62,776 nucleotides of DNA, from assembly GCA_020849095.1 (NCBI GenBank), contig JADLGX010000320.1:1-62776 (forward strand). The letters are read 5' to 3'. This DNA is from Candidatus Eiseniibacteriota bacterium. Its GTDB lineage: Bacteria; Eisenbacteria; RBG-16-71-46. Position numbers and translations under genes: made by a program. Shown here piece by piece: positions 1-9,660 of this stretch; position 1 is the stretch's first letter; every line of letters starts with the position of its first letter. A model generated the notes under the pieces. That model saw only the letters and a program-made list of their open reading frames with translations. It had not been told where the DNA came from and made no database searches.

Positions 1-107
1 CCCGATACCGCGATACCTTCCCTCGCATCCGTCCACCTCCGCGTGGTTCCTCCAGCGTCCAACTGGGCCCACGCGGAGAACGGACGGACTTCGTTGGTTA
101 TTTCCAT
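1..107 (-). CDS. 5' end of an unidentified CDS running off the left edge (MEITNEVRPFSAWAQLDAGG...)
   Basis: An ATG at 105-107 (minus strand) opens a stop-free frame to position 1. It is incomplete, so it is absent from the ORF track. No motif recognised. It lies outside the island. Confidence 0.2.
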   Translation of the reverse strand, partial: MEITNEVRPFSAWAQLDAGGTTRRWTDAREGIAVS

Positions 108-252
108 GGAATCGCACTCAGCGATCGCTACTTCTGGGACGCAGCACTAGATCGACAATTTGATGCGATGTTCCCGTAGGGCGTACTCTGCGGCGCAGGC
201 TTCGCTGCTCGACTCGGAGCGCTGGGACTCACCATGACTTGAATCAAACCCC

Positions 253-337
253 GGAGGAGTGGCCGAGTGGTCTAAGGCAGCGGTTTTGAAAACCGCCGTG
301 GGGCAACCCACCAGGGGTTCGAATCCCTTCTCCTCCG
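253..337 (+). tRNA. tRNA-Ser (anticodon UGA), class II with long variable arm
   Basis: Hand-folded cloverleaf. Acceptor GGAGGAG/CTCCTCC plus discriminator G. D-arm GCC/GGC. Anticodon stem GCGGT/ACCGC with loop TTTGAAA (TGA central). Variable arm GTGGG-GCAA-CCCAC. T-arm AGGGG-TTCGAAT-CCCTT. CCA is not encoded. Confidence 0.9.
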
Positions 338-432
338 CTGATAGTTCCTGAAGTTTCGCGAAGAACGGTGTCCTACACGGCGGTCAAGCACGTGGTCAGG
401 AGATGACTCGAATGGCCGGTTCGGGACGCTGG

Positions 433-453
433 TTCTGGCAAAATCCTGGCAAG
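433..453 (+). repeat. Left arm-type-like site TTCTGGCAAAATCCTGGCAAG (two CTGGCAA units)
   Basis: 18/21 identical to 62335-62355, same orientation. It starts 93 nt after the left att block (ends 339). Confidence 0.55.
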
Positions 454-626
454 TGTTCCCGGCCAAGCCCAACCCGTTGCCCGGGAGATGCAACTCAGGC
501 GCTCGGGCCTGTAGCGCTCCAGGCGGTGCAACCGGGCGGCCCACATTGCGCCCCACAAAATCGTGCAAGTTGCTTCGTGACCAGCGCGGCTTGTCAGACC
601 TACCGAGCTGACTGACCATCGCACGC

Positions 627-1499
627 ATGGCCCTGACCTACACGAAGCCCGAGCGGATCAGCCTTCGGGCTCACGCCGACCTCAACGAGAAATGGCTCCA
701 AGATCGGATCGCCGAGGACCCCGCCATTCTGGGCCTCGGCGACGTCAGCCTCCTGGGGCGCGAGCGCACGACCGGGCAGGCAGGGCGGCTCGACCTTCTC
801 CTATCCGACCCCGAAGAGAACCGCCGCTACGAGGTCGAGATCATGCTCGGTCCCACGGACCCGAGCCACATCGTCCGAACGATCGAGTACTGGGACATCG
901 AGCGGCGCCGATACCCCGCGTACGAGCACGTTGCCGTCTTGGTCGCCGAAGACATCACCTCCCGCTTCCTGAATGTCATGAGCTTGCTGTCGGGAACCAT
1001 TCCCTTCGTCGCCATCCAGCTCAACGCGCTGAAGGTCGGTGAACAAGTCGTGCTCGACTTCGTGAAGGTCCTGGACCAGACCGAGCTGCGGACGGACGAC
1101 GAGGACGAGGCCGGCGAAACGGCGCCAGCAGACCGGGCCTACTGGGTTCAACGATCGAGCGAAGACATCGTGCGGATGGCGGACATCATCCTGAAGGTGA
1201 TCTGCGCGAAGACGTCGGTCGGGTACGCGCTGAAGTACAACCGGCAGTTCATCGGTCTGAGCGACGGCGTTCGGGCTCGCAGGTTCGTCCACTTCACGCC
1301 CAGAAGGAAACACATGGCGTTCCTCGCACGGGTGGCCGATCCGAAGGCATGGACCACGCGTCTGCAGGAGGCGGGAGTCGACGCCGGCGTACGCCGGCGA
1401 TCGGTGCGCGTCAGCATCAGCGCTTCCGAACTCGAAGAGTTCCGACCGCTCATCGAGGAGCTCATGGCTGATGCGGTGGAGCATCAAGAGGTGGACTGA
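627..1499 (+). CDS. Restriction-endonuclease-fold (NucS/DUF91-like) nuclease family protein, 290 aa
   Basis: Clean long ORF after 290 nt of non-coding DNA. The N-half has a PD-(D/E)XK-like core (GRLDLLL ... YEVEIMLG). The C-half (YALKYNRQFIGL...FVHFTPRRKHMAFL) resembles a small module often fused to such nucleases; this call is from memory. Confidence 0.55.
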   Translation: MALTYTKPERISLRAHADLNEKWLQDRIAEDPAILGLGDVSLLGRERTTGQAGRLDLLLSDPEENRRYEVEIMLGPTDPSHIVRTIEYWDIERRRYPAYEHVAVLVAEDITSRFLNVMSLLSGTIPFVAIQLNALKVGEQVVLDFVKVLDQTELRTDDEDEAGETAPADRAYWVQRSSEDIVRMADIILKVICAKTSVGYALKYNRQFIGLSDGVRARRFVHFTPRRKHMAFLARVADPKAWTTRLQEAGVDAGVRRRSVRVSISASELEEFRPLIEELMADAVEHQEVD

Positions 1500-1507
1500 T
1501 CGTTGGC

Positions 1508-2140
1508 CTACGCCCAGGTCGGAAGATCCGCCGGTAGCTTCTTCTCGTCCCAACCGTCGTGAAGCGATAGCAATGGGTCGACTACGAGTCGAACCAGATC
1601 ATCCGCGCTCTCCAAGTCGGTCAGGTGCAGGTAGTAGCCACAGGCCCGGACAGGCACCTTCTTCTCGTCACTCGGGGAAGACCACGCGAAGGCTTGGTCC
1701 TCTCTCCCGGGAACCCAATTCCATCGCAGGACATTGGCATCGCCGAGGCGCCAGATCCAGCTCCACCATGCTCCAAGCCCCGTGTCCCCCAGCCCTTGTT
1801 CGTCGAGTGTCTCGAGCAGCGCGCAGAGAACCCATGGCTCGGGCTGTTCGTCGTGTGCTTGCACATAAAGCGCCACCGCGCGATTCCAGTTCTCATCTCC
1901 GTCGCGACGCAGCCACGCGCGCCCGAACAGTCGGGGCACCCACTTCCTGGGCTGGCCGAGGCTGGCGGAATTGTCCCATGTCACGGCGCTGTAGTTGCAG
2001 ATCCACGGAGGCTCACGCTGCTGGAGGATGGCGTCGAAAGAGCGCAGCATTTGGGAGATGCTCTCGTGCGTGTCCGCCATCGCTTGGTAGAGCGACTTGA
2101 AGTTCCGCCCGGCCTTTCGTCGTTCGTCGGGAGTTGTCAT
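1508..2140 (-). CDS. Hypothetical Trp-rich protein, 210 aa, coupled to the upstream nuclease gene
   Basis: The ATG at 2138-2140 overlaps the upstream stop (ATGA). The longer track ORF (to 2473) adds an Arg/Ala-rich tail that overlaps the upstream CDS. No motif recognised. Confidence 0.55.
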   Translation of the reverse strand: MTTPDERRKAGRNFKSLYQAMADTHESISQMLRSFDAILQQREPPWICNYSAVTWDNSASLGQPRKWVPRLFGRAWLRRDGDENWNRAVALYVQAHDEQPEPWVLCALLETLDEQGLGDTGLGAWWSWIWRLGDANVLRWNWVPGREDQAFAWSSPSDEKKVPVRACGYYLHLTDLESADDLVRLVVDPLLSLHDGWDEKKLPADLPTWA

Positions 2141-3027
2141 CTTTCGAATCTCCAGTTCGGTTCCAGGTGCGGGATCGCGACCGGCCAGAGAAGCCGCCCG
2201 CCGACGGGAAGGACACGATCGAAACGCCAGCCCGCTCCGGCCACGGGATCTGTCGGCCAGCGCCAACCCGTGGGCGGCGAAGCCACCATCGGAGTCTGGA
2301 ACAGCCACGGCCCCGGTTGCCGCACCGAGGGCCAGCGCGCCGAGAAGTACCCCAGGCCGCGTCTCTGCAGCAAAGCGCGCAAATCGTCCAACGCGGCCAG
2401 GTGCTGTCGCGGCCCGCTCGCTTCGCTGCGACAGCGTGCGAGGACTCGGTCGAGCTCCATCCAACCGACCCAATAGATCTCGTCGGCGGCCGACTTGGAG
2501 GCGTCGGCCAGCGCAGCCACTGACTCCTGAAGTTGCTCCGTAGGCATGGTCAGGTGCGCCGTGAGGTACACGACGCTCACGTGCACGCCGCTCGCGCCCA
2601 CCTCACGTCGCGCGTCTTCGAGGAGATCTGAAAGCTGGTCACCGCTCACACGGGCGGGGCATACCGGGTCGTCCTCAGGGAGCGTCGAAGCGTCGGTTCG
2701 ATTCGACTTCCCGGATCGATACTTCACCTCGACGACCACCAGCTGTCTGACGGCACTCGTGAATCGGTCGCGTCCGGTGACCACCACGTCGGGTTCGCGC
2801 ACCCACCCGAGGCGATTTGGCCAGAAGTCCAGGTCCCACGCCGTGTCGTCGGCGATGGCCAAGTGCTTCCCGCGCAGGTTGCGCGCTGCACGAAGACACG
2901 CACACAGCACGTCGTCGGAGAGGTAGCGAAGCGTGCCAAACACCGATGACGTGAGAACGTCCTCCCAGCGCTCTGCCCTCTCCAGGCTGGTGGTTGCACT
3001 CAGCTTTCCGCGAAGCTCGGCCCACAT
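2137..3027 (-). CDS. PD-(D/E)XK nuclease family protein, 296 aa
   Basis: Readable core EPDVVV ... VVVEVKYRSGK (D ... E-x-K). Start set at ATG 3025-3027 (MWAELRGK); the track ORF starts 17 codons earlier. Confidence 0.65.
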   Translation of the reverse strand: MWAELRGKLSATTSLERAERWEDVLTSSVFGTLRYLSDDVLCACLRAARNLRGKHLAIADDTAWDLDFWPNRLGWVREPDVVVTGRDRFTSAVRQLVVVEVKYRSGKSNRTDASTLPEDDPVCPARVSGDQLSDLLEDARREVGASGVHVSVVYLTAHLTMPTEQLQESVAALADASKSAADEIYWVGWMELDRVLARCRSEASGPRQHLAALDDLRALLQRRGLGYFSARWPSVRQPGPWLFQTPMVASPPTGWRWPTDPVAGAGWRFDRVLPVGGRLLWPVAIPHLEPNWRFER

Positions 3028-3290
3028 GACACACCCGCTCTGGATTCTACCCCGGCGAGGCGTCACCCCGCCGGGCAATCAGACGCTGCCAAGCTGGCGC
3101 ATACCCTTGAACCAACCTCACCGAAGGCGCGGCGACCGCCTGGGTGAGCGCTCCGCCGCGCTTCCCAGGGATCACAGCAGTCGAACTACGCGCTGGGCCT
3201 GTACCGCACAAGGATCAGGCTGAAACACCAGCCTGGTCGCACGATGAGGCTCAGGAGAGTCAAGGCTGAAGATGTCCCCGGCGTGGTCTC

Positions 3291-3515
3291 TCACCCGCGC
3301 TCGATCTCCCTCACATCCCCGACGACCTTCACGTACCCCACGCGAAACGACCGCGTCTCCCCGCTGCCATCGGCCACCTCGACGTTCTCCCCGACCACGT
3401 CGATCACCACCGCTGGCACCACCTCCGACCCCACCCGGAAGCGTACGACCGTCCCCTTGCGGACGGAGGCTCCTGCGCGCGGCGCCGTGCCTGGGACGAC
3501 GTCAGCATCCGACAT
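3291..3515 (-). CDS. Small beta-rich hypothetical protein, 74 aa
   Basis: The ATG at 3513-3515 overlaps the last codons of the 2077-aa gene. Sequence GTVVRFRVGSEVVPAVVIDVVGENVEV. No motif recognised; it may be a shadow ORF. Confidence 0.35.
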   Translation of the reverse strand: MSDADVVPGTAPRAGASVRKGTVVRFRVGSEVVPAVVIDVVGENVEVADGSGETRSFRVGYVKVVGDVREIERG

Positions 3516-6500
3516 ACACCGGCACGACCCCCGTCGATTCGACGTCGAACTGCATGCCGAGCAGTGCTCTGGCCTGCTGCTCTGGCGGCGCGTCGAAGTT
3601 GAAGAGTACTCCACGGCGTGGTGTGCGAAGGAATCCGACCCCCTGGTCAAAGCGAAGTACGAGCACGTGGCCGCTCGCGTACTCGAGGCGCATCTCGCGC
3701 GCGTGCGGAAGCTCGTTGCGCCACGTCTTGATCGCGATCGTGGCCGGTAGGTTCGCAACCTTGAAGCAGTGCTCGAGGACTTCACGGTACTGACTGCCGC
3801 CTTGGAAATTGTGGGTGAGGAGCCGTGAAAGCTCGCGCGCATCCGGGTCCAGCGCGAGCAGGTTCACCTCGGAAGTATCTGCCATGCCCCCGGGGCGGGC
3901 TCGCGTGGCATGGAGCAACTCGATCAGGGTTCGAACTGCCAGCGGCGACACCAGGTAGCGGTCCGTGTAGCAAACGCGCGTCACGCGAGCTTCGCCGCCA
4001 AGCAGGTTCTTCGCTAGCTGAGACTTGCTGCAAACGAGATCCCAGAAACGCTCTCCGACGCCACGAATCGAAGCGTTGAGCTCATTCGTGATTCGAACTT
4101 CGGTGTACTGGCCCGGTATGGGCTTGCGCACCGACGCCGCGGGGACGGTCCTCGCGTGCAGCGGCGGTAAGGGACCGGCAGCGCGGACTCGGACATACCT
4201 AGCGTCGTCGGCGTTCCCGGCCCAGATTCCGCCTGGCATCAGGCCTTCCGGGCTCGTGCTCGCCCACCGAATAGACCGCTCGCTGCCGCCCATTTCGACG
4301 AGCAACCATCCGCTACCGACGCGCTCGCCACGGCCGGGGACGAGGGCAACGGTAATCCCGTCTGCTTCCAGGAAATTCGCGAGCGCGTGGGTTTCCTGCC
4401 AGTTCATGTCGGCTAGGCACTCCTCCGGGAGCACCAGCGTCACCGTCGTGTCCCCCCTGGCCCAGGTCGACAACCTGTCGCGTAGCTTCCATTCCCGGAG
4501 ATCCCAGTCCTCAACTCGCCCACCGAGGTGAACGCGAACCTCCGCGACCCCAGAACGTTGCGCATGAACGAGCATGGCCACAGGTATTGGCATGGCTTCG
4601 AACTGCGAGTCGGGCCCGAAGAACCGAAGCTGGTCCGGAAGCTCGAGCGCCAAAAGCAGCGACTCGCTCAGTGCTTGCTGCGCGACACGTCGATCGAGGT
4701 GCTCGACAGCGTCTTGAGTCTCGTACGAAAGCAGGCACCCGTGGCACGCCCGATCGCACCCCCGCGGGCAGTCCAGTATCCGGGCTGCATCGCGCAAGAG
4801 GGCATGCAGGTTTTCGCCGACGTAGCTGACATAGCCGGCACCACCGTCGGCCAGGTCGAAGAGCATGATGGATCGCCGGAGGACTCCGTCGGCGCTCTTG
4901 TTTCGCCCAACCGCCCACCCTACCTCGCGAGGCTCGACACCCAGCTTGCGCGCCAGCGCTTCGCGAAGGGCGACCGCTATGGATGCGCATGCTGGGGCGC
5001 TGTCGATGGGTTGACCCGTCGCCGGGTCCTTGAGCTGGATCTCGACGACGTCTGTGTGGCTCGCGCCGCCGAACGCAAGCCACCGCTGGACTCCAAAGCC
5101 GCCATCGGCTCCTTGGCAGGGACTGCCCTTACGTCCCCCGCGAAGCCGGCGATGCTGGAGGAACTGCGTGGACAGGTCAGCCATCGGTGCCGGTGAACCC
5201 GCTGGGGCGCTCTCCGACTCGGCATACCCACAATGGAGGCAGAGCGCGTAGCCGTGGCCGTGCTCGCCCATACTGTGGTGGTAGACGAAGCCGTTAGGGT
5301 CGTACCGGTAATGCCCGGCGCGTGGGTCGGGCAAGACTTGCCAGGGGCCTCCGCCGGCCGAGATCCACGGCGCGATACGAGGGATGTACCGCTCGAGGGA
5401 AAGGTCGTTGCTGGGCTGGCTCCGAATGTCGACAGCGAATCCCGCCGGCTCTAGGTATCGCCGAGTTTTTACGGTGCTCCCACACGCGTGGCACAGCTGT
5501 TGTCGAAGAGTCGACGTGCCTGCCGCTCCACATTCGGCGCACCTCCACGCAAATCGAAGAGCTTGAACCTCTCGATGGTCTCGATCATCCGGGCGAATCA
5601 GCCAGTTGAGACTGACCCCGCGGGACTCGTACACCATCCCGTCGATGATGACGCCGCTCCCCGGTGCGTACTCGACGATGGCACGCTCGAGCTGTCGGCT
5701 GGGGTAGCCGCGATCGCGCTGAAAGCCTTCGTCACGCTCCTCTTCTTTCTCCTGTGCAAGCTGCTCGGCAGTGGTCGTGATGAACGGGACGACGTGCAGC
5801 GGGAACCCGTAGGCCGGCAGGAAGCCCTCGCTAGCCAGGGTCTTCAGCAAGTACTCGTTGGTCAGGCGCTTCAGTTGGATCGCTAGCGCCCGCTGAACGG
5901 CCTTCGCATCTTCGTCCTGCCGTGGCTCGCCGCCGACACCATCTAGCTCGACGCGAACAGCTTCGTGCTCTGCACACCAGCGGTCACGGATGACTCGAAT
6001 TCGGTCGCGCGCAAGGTCGATCTTTTGATCGGGGTTTCCATCGAGTGGAGTACCCCTCGTGACGGTGCCCACAGCCGACAGAACTTCAGCATCCCCTGAC
6101 GCCTCGTCGCTGAGCCACGCCACGAACCGATCCGCGATCGGTGCGACCCCGTCCTTTTCCAGAAAGAACCACCCACACGTCAGGCGGTGAGCGTCGGTTG
6201 CCCCGACTCTTCGAAGGAAAGCGGCTAGCAGCACAGAGTGAACATGCCGCTGGCAGATCCGGTCACTCTCGAGTGCGACGCGTGGAACGTGGACTGGCTG
6301 CTCGAAAGGCCACTTCGTGTTCTCGAACACCGCCGTTCCATGCGGAGACGCCTGGCAGAGCGTGAGCACCACGGCGCGAAGCTCACCGCGGCGACCCGCT
6401 CGACCCGCTCGCTGCTGGTAGTTCGCTGGCCCCGGGGGCGCGTTGTTCATGGCAACCGCCGACAGACCTCCGATGTCGACGCCCATTTCCATGGTCGTCG

Positions 6501-9500
6501 AGCAACTCAACACGTTCACTTTGCCCGACTTGAAGTCGGCCTCGACGCGCGCCAGACGTGACTTGGAGACCTGTGCGGAGTGCTCGGCGGTCTGATAGTA
6601 GAGCGTCGATGGGAAAGCCGCGAGCCGATCCGAGAACTCCGTCCAGACGCCCTTGCCTCGCAGCACCTCGATCGCCGGGCTGCCCAACCACGCGCGGATC
6701 TCTTCAGCGCTCGCCCGCTCTCTGGTGATGGGATTCCGGCCGCGTGGAAATGCGAGGCGCGGCATCTCAATCCGCTCACACTTCGCTCCTGTCATCCAAC
6801 GCTCGGTCTGATAGGGAGAAACTCCGAGCAGCGTTCTCGAAAGAACTCGCCGAGTGACCGGGCAGATGTGGGCAACTCCCACAGTCTCGAGCACGGTGCG
6901 GCTCAAATCCAAACGGAACCCGTCGTCGTGACTCGTCAAGACCCCAGACACGGTCGCCCAGGCGCGTCGAAGCAAGCAGTTGATCTCCTCGCGGTCGGAC
7001 GACTCCTCGAGCGAGAGTCCAAGCGCTAACGCCAGAAGCCGGCCCATGCGCGGGACTCGCCGTCCTTCGGAGACACTCGGCCAGGGATAGCGGCGGTTCT
7101 TTTGTCCCTGCTCCCCCGGCGGGAGAACGATTGGAGTGCTCAAGCGAGTCCCCATCCACCGGATCATCGCGCGATCAGGAACGAGCACGGCGGTGTGGCT
7201 GCGCACGAAGAAGTCGACCATCACGGCCAGCAGCTCGCGCCAATCCTCCTCAGTCTTGCCCCTTGCCAACCACTCGCGCGGGATGTCGCGGCAGGCTGCC
7301 AATCCTGGGTAGTGCAATCGAACCAAGCCGAGCGTCTCGAGTGAGTTCTCCCGTTTTGGACGCCGCATCAACTCCCGCAAGAGCACAAGCTCCGCCATGC
7401 GTTGGCCTGTTAGACTGGCGGGCGCGTACCGGGCGCGAAGGCTCTGCGGCATCCATTCGCCCACGACCTGCTCTTGAGCCAACCGCGCCACCATCGTGGG
7501 CCACGGAACTGCAGCGCCGCTGCCTGCCTGCTCCAAGGCTTTCAGCTTGGTCTCGTGGCTCTTGGCAATCGATGCGAACTCCGGACCCAGCGCTTTGAGC
7601 TTCTCGAGCTCAGCTCGAGTGGTCTCGATCGCGCCCTCGTCGCGCATCCCGGCTTCCGCCCAGAGCTGGTGATAGATGCTCGCGCGGACGTAGTTCCGCT
7701 CCGCGTCCATTTGGCTGCGGAGCGCGAAGCGGGCCGTGCCCTGGCGACTGTCGGTGAACGTGATCAGCCTTCGACCCTCCGCCGGCAATCTCTCTATCCG
7801 CGCCGCCGCCGCAGGCAGTTGTTCGAGAACGGCTGGGATTCCGACGCTGAGGTAGAACGGGGCGCCGAGCCGAACGGCTCGAAACCCCCGCCCGCCGACA
7901 CCGTCGGTCTGGCCGCATCGGCCGCAGCGGAACCTTCCGTCCGTGCTCTCGGCGAAGTGCAAGCGTGCCGCGCCTTCCCCCAAGGTTCCGCTGGAGGGAT
8001 CGAACGGTGTCGGCTCGAGGCGGGTGGCGCCATCGGGATCGCGTGCGCCCCCGTGCGGCCCAGCCACTAGCCGTATGAACCCAGTACCCGGAGACCCGGA
8101 CTGGGAGTCGTCCTCGTCGTCCTCGACCGTGTCCTCCTCCACGTCAGCATCAGCGGTCCACGGGTGCGGCGCCAGGCGCCCGTTGCGATCTTCGACGCTG
8201 AGATAGGCTTCACCGCAGCCGTGACAGAAGACGATATCAACGACGGGGGCACTGCAATGAGGACACTGAGTGCGCCGATCAAAGAAGACATCGCCGAACG
8301 GCCAGTCCGGCCCAGCGAGCGGCGTATCGGACCGGCCCGGACACGTGGGATTGGTGCATGACCACATGCCTGCCTGCGTTCTGAGGAAGAAGTGTCCGCG
8401 GAGTGGAAGGAGCGGAACGTCTTCCTTTCGAGCTCGGCTGATCTGATCGAGGACTTCCAGCGTCTGCTTCGGTCGACCCTCGAGGCCAAGCGTCGCTGCG
8501 ATTGCCTGCAACGACTTTGCACCGGCGCCGAGCTGTTCGCGCAAGTCACGCACCAAGGGGACGCGGGCGAGCACCTCGAAGAGCTGGTCCTCACCGAGCG
8601 CGGCAAGCGCGGGCCCCGCCGGCAGTGGGTCTCGGCTGCCGGCGAGCGCTGCTTCGATGGCCGGGACGACTCGGCGCCCACCAATGACGACGACTTGTGA
8701 CGGGTCAACTCCTGCGAGATCTGCGAGAAACGAAGCGAGCCGCTGATCGGCGTCTCCGCTTCCGATGGTTGCGGATGTGGCCACAAACCGCACGTCCTTC
8801 GCATCGACACGGAACGCGTGCATCACGCGACGAAGAAGCAGTGCAATCTCCGCGGCGCTAGAGCCCAAGTAGGTGTGAGCCTCGTCAAGGACGATCCAAC
8901 GCAGGAGCCCGGCCGATTGATCAATGATCGGCGCGTCGCTGGCGCGCACCATCATGAACTCCAGCATGGTTGCGTTCGTCACCAAGATCGGCGGCGGCGC
9001 TGACCGCAGTTGTCGCCGACCCAAGATCTCGTTTGGACTTCGTTCCTGCTCGCCAGCCGGGACTTCTTCAGGCGTGTTTCCGTTGTAGAGGCAGAATCGA
9101 AGGTTCTTCCCGAAATGCGCCGTCCATGCCAGCAGCCGTTCCCGCTGACTGTTGATGAGCGCATTGAGCGGATACAAGAACAGCGCGCGCGTGCCCACGA
9201 GCGGGCTGCCCCCGAGCGCGGCGACCTCTGCGGCGAGGTCGTTCAAGATGGGAACCAAGAAGCACTCAGTCTTCCCGCTGGCCGTGCCCGTTCGCACCAC
9301 GATGGACTTGCGATCGTTCAGTAGCGAGCTCCAGGCTTGATACTGATGAACGTAGGGCAGGCGCTCGCGTGGAAAGCGGCACTCCGATTGCGCTGCCGGC
9401 GGCGCATTGAGGGCATCGACAACGTCACGCCGCAACAGCTCGAGCTTACCCATGGGTTGGTGGTGGCGCTCCCAGTCGAACAACGCCTCGAAGACAGGCG

Positions 9501-9660
9501 TCGATACGAAGCCACCCGGTTCGCCAGCACCTGCCTGGAGCTTCTGAAGGAGGTGGGTTCGGAGCGCACTGCTGGCCGGACCAACCTGGCTCACGGTGGC
9601 TCGCGCGGCCCTCTCCGCCAATTCCACTGCCAGGCGCGAAAAGAACGGTTCAGTCGTCAT
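3502..9660 (-). CDS. druE: DruE-like giant SF2 helicase with DUF1998/MrfA-type zinc-ribbon domain and ~480-aa C-terminal extension
   Basis: Walker A RTGTASGKTECF, motif II VLDEAHTY and C-lobe QRAGRAGRRG. Cys clusters CLHCGY and CPRGCDRACHGCLLSYETQ. Start set at ATG 9658-9660, an 11-nt overlap with the upstream stop. Size and architecture fit Druantia DruE. Confidence 0.7.
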   Translation of the reverse strand: MTTEPFFSRLAVELAERAARATVSQVGPASSALRTHLLQKLQAGAGEPGGFVSTPVFEALFDWERHHQPMGKLELLRRDVVDALNAPPAAQSECRFPRERLPYVHQYQAWSSLLNDRKSIVVRTGTASGKTECFLVPILNDLAAEVAALGGSPLVGTRALFLYPLNALINSQRERLLAWTAHFGKNLRFCLYNGNTPEEVPAGEQERSPNEILGRRQLRSAPPPILVTNATMLEFMMVRASDAPIIDQSAGLLRWIVLDEAHTYLGSSAAEIALLLRRVMHAFRVDAKDVRFVATSATIGSGDADQRLASFLADLAGVDPSQVVVIGGRRVVPAIEAALAGSRDPLPAGPALAALGEDQLFEVLARVPLVRDLREQLGAGAKSLQAIAATLGLEGRPKQTLEVLDQISRARKEDVPLLPLRGHFFLRTQAGMWSCTNPTCPGRSDTPLAGPDWPFGDVFFDRRTQCPHCSAPVVDIVFCHGCGEAYLSVEDRNGRLAPHPWTADADVEEDTVEDDEDDSQSGSPGTGFIRLVAGPHGGARDPDGATRLEPTPFDPSSGTLGEGAARLHFAESTDGRFRCGRCGQTDGVGGRGFRAVRLGAPFYLSVGIPAVLEQLPAAAARIERLPAEGRRLITFTDSRQGTARFALRSQMDAERNYVRASIYHQLWAEAGMRDEGAIETTRAELEKLKALGPEFASIAKSHETKLKALEQAGSGAAVPWPTMVARLAQEQVVGEWMPQSLRARYAPASLTGQRMAELVLLRELMRRPKRENSLETLGLVRLHYPGLAACRDIPREWLARGKTEEDWRELLAVMVDFFVRSHTAVLVPDRAMIRWMGTRLSTPIVLPPGEQGQKNRRYPWPSVSEGRRVPRMGRLLALALGLSLEESSDREEINCLLRRAWATVSGVLTSHDDGFRLDLSRTVLETVGVAHICPVTRRVLSRTLLGVSPYQTERWMTGAKCERIEMPRLAFPRGRNPITRERASAEEIRAWLGSPAIEVLRGKGVWTEFSDRLAAFPSTLYYQTAEHSAQVSKSRLARVEADFKSGKVNVLSCSTTMEMGVDIGGLSAVAMNNAPPGPANYQQRAGRAGRRGELRAVVLTLCQASPHGTAVFENTKWPFEQPVHVPRVALESDRICQRHVHSVLLAAFLRRVGATDAHRLTCGWFFLEKDGVAPIADRFVAWLSDEASGDAEVLSAVGTVTRGTPLDGNPDQKIDLARDRIRVIRDRWCAEHEAVRVELDGVGGEPRQDEDAKAVQRALAIQLKRLTNEYLLKTLASEGFLPAYGFPLHVVPFITTTAEQLAQEKEEERDEGFQRDRGYPSRQLERAIVEYAPGSGVIIDGMVYESRGVSLNWLIRPDDRDHREVQALRFAWRCAECGAAGTSTLRQQLCHACGSTVKTRRYLEPAGFAVDIRSQPSNDLSLERYIPRIAPWISAGGGPWQVLPDPRAGHYRYDPNGFVYHHSMGEHGHGYALCLHCGYAESESAPAGSPAPMADLSTQFLQHRRLRGGRKGSPCQGADGGFGVQRWLAFGGASHTDVVEIQLKDPATGQPIDSAPACASIAVALREALARKLGVEPREVGWAVGRNKSADGVLRRSIMLFDLADGGAGYVSYVGENLHALLRDAARILDCPRGCDRACHGCLLSYETQDAVEHLDRRVAQQALSESLLLALELPDQLRFFGPDSQFEAMPIPVAMLVHAQRSGVAEVRVHLGGRVEDWDLREWKLRDRLSTWARGDTTVTLVLPEECLADMNWQETHALANFLEADGITVALVPGRGERVGSGWLLVEMGGSERSIRWASTSPEGLMPGGIWAGNADDARYVRVRAAGPLPPLHARTVPAASVRKPIPGQYTEVRITNELNASIRGVGERFWDLVCSKSQLAKNLLGGEARVTRVCYTDRYLVSPLAVRTLIELLHATRARPGGMADTSEVNLLALDPDARELSRLLTHNFQGGSQYREVLEHCFKVANLPATIAIKTWRNELPHAREMRLEYASGHVLVLRFDQGVGFLRTPRRGVLFNFDAPPEQQARALLGMQFDVESTGVVPVYVGC

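Noticed and set aside
436-451. sigma54-like match TGGCAA-N5-TGGCA in the non-coding region after the tRNA
   Set aside because: The same double CTGGCAA unit recurs at the opposite island end at a mirror-image distance from att, which points to recombinase arm sites. There is no ATG near the predicted +1, unlike the three other candidates.
2141-2473. N-terminal extension of the 1508 ORF (to 2473)
   Set aside because: The Arg/Ala-rich extension overlaps the upstream nuclease CDS. The internal ATG forms a clean ATGA junction with that gene's stop.
3073-3091. Minus-strand TGGCAG...TTGC upstream of the PD-(D/E)XK pair
   Set aside because: The spacing is GG-N12-GC rather than the strict GG-N10-GC.
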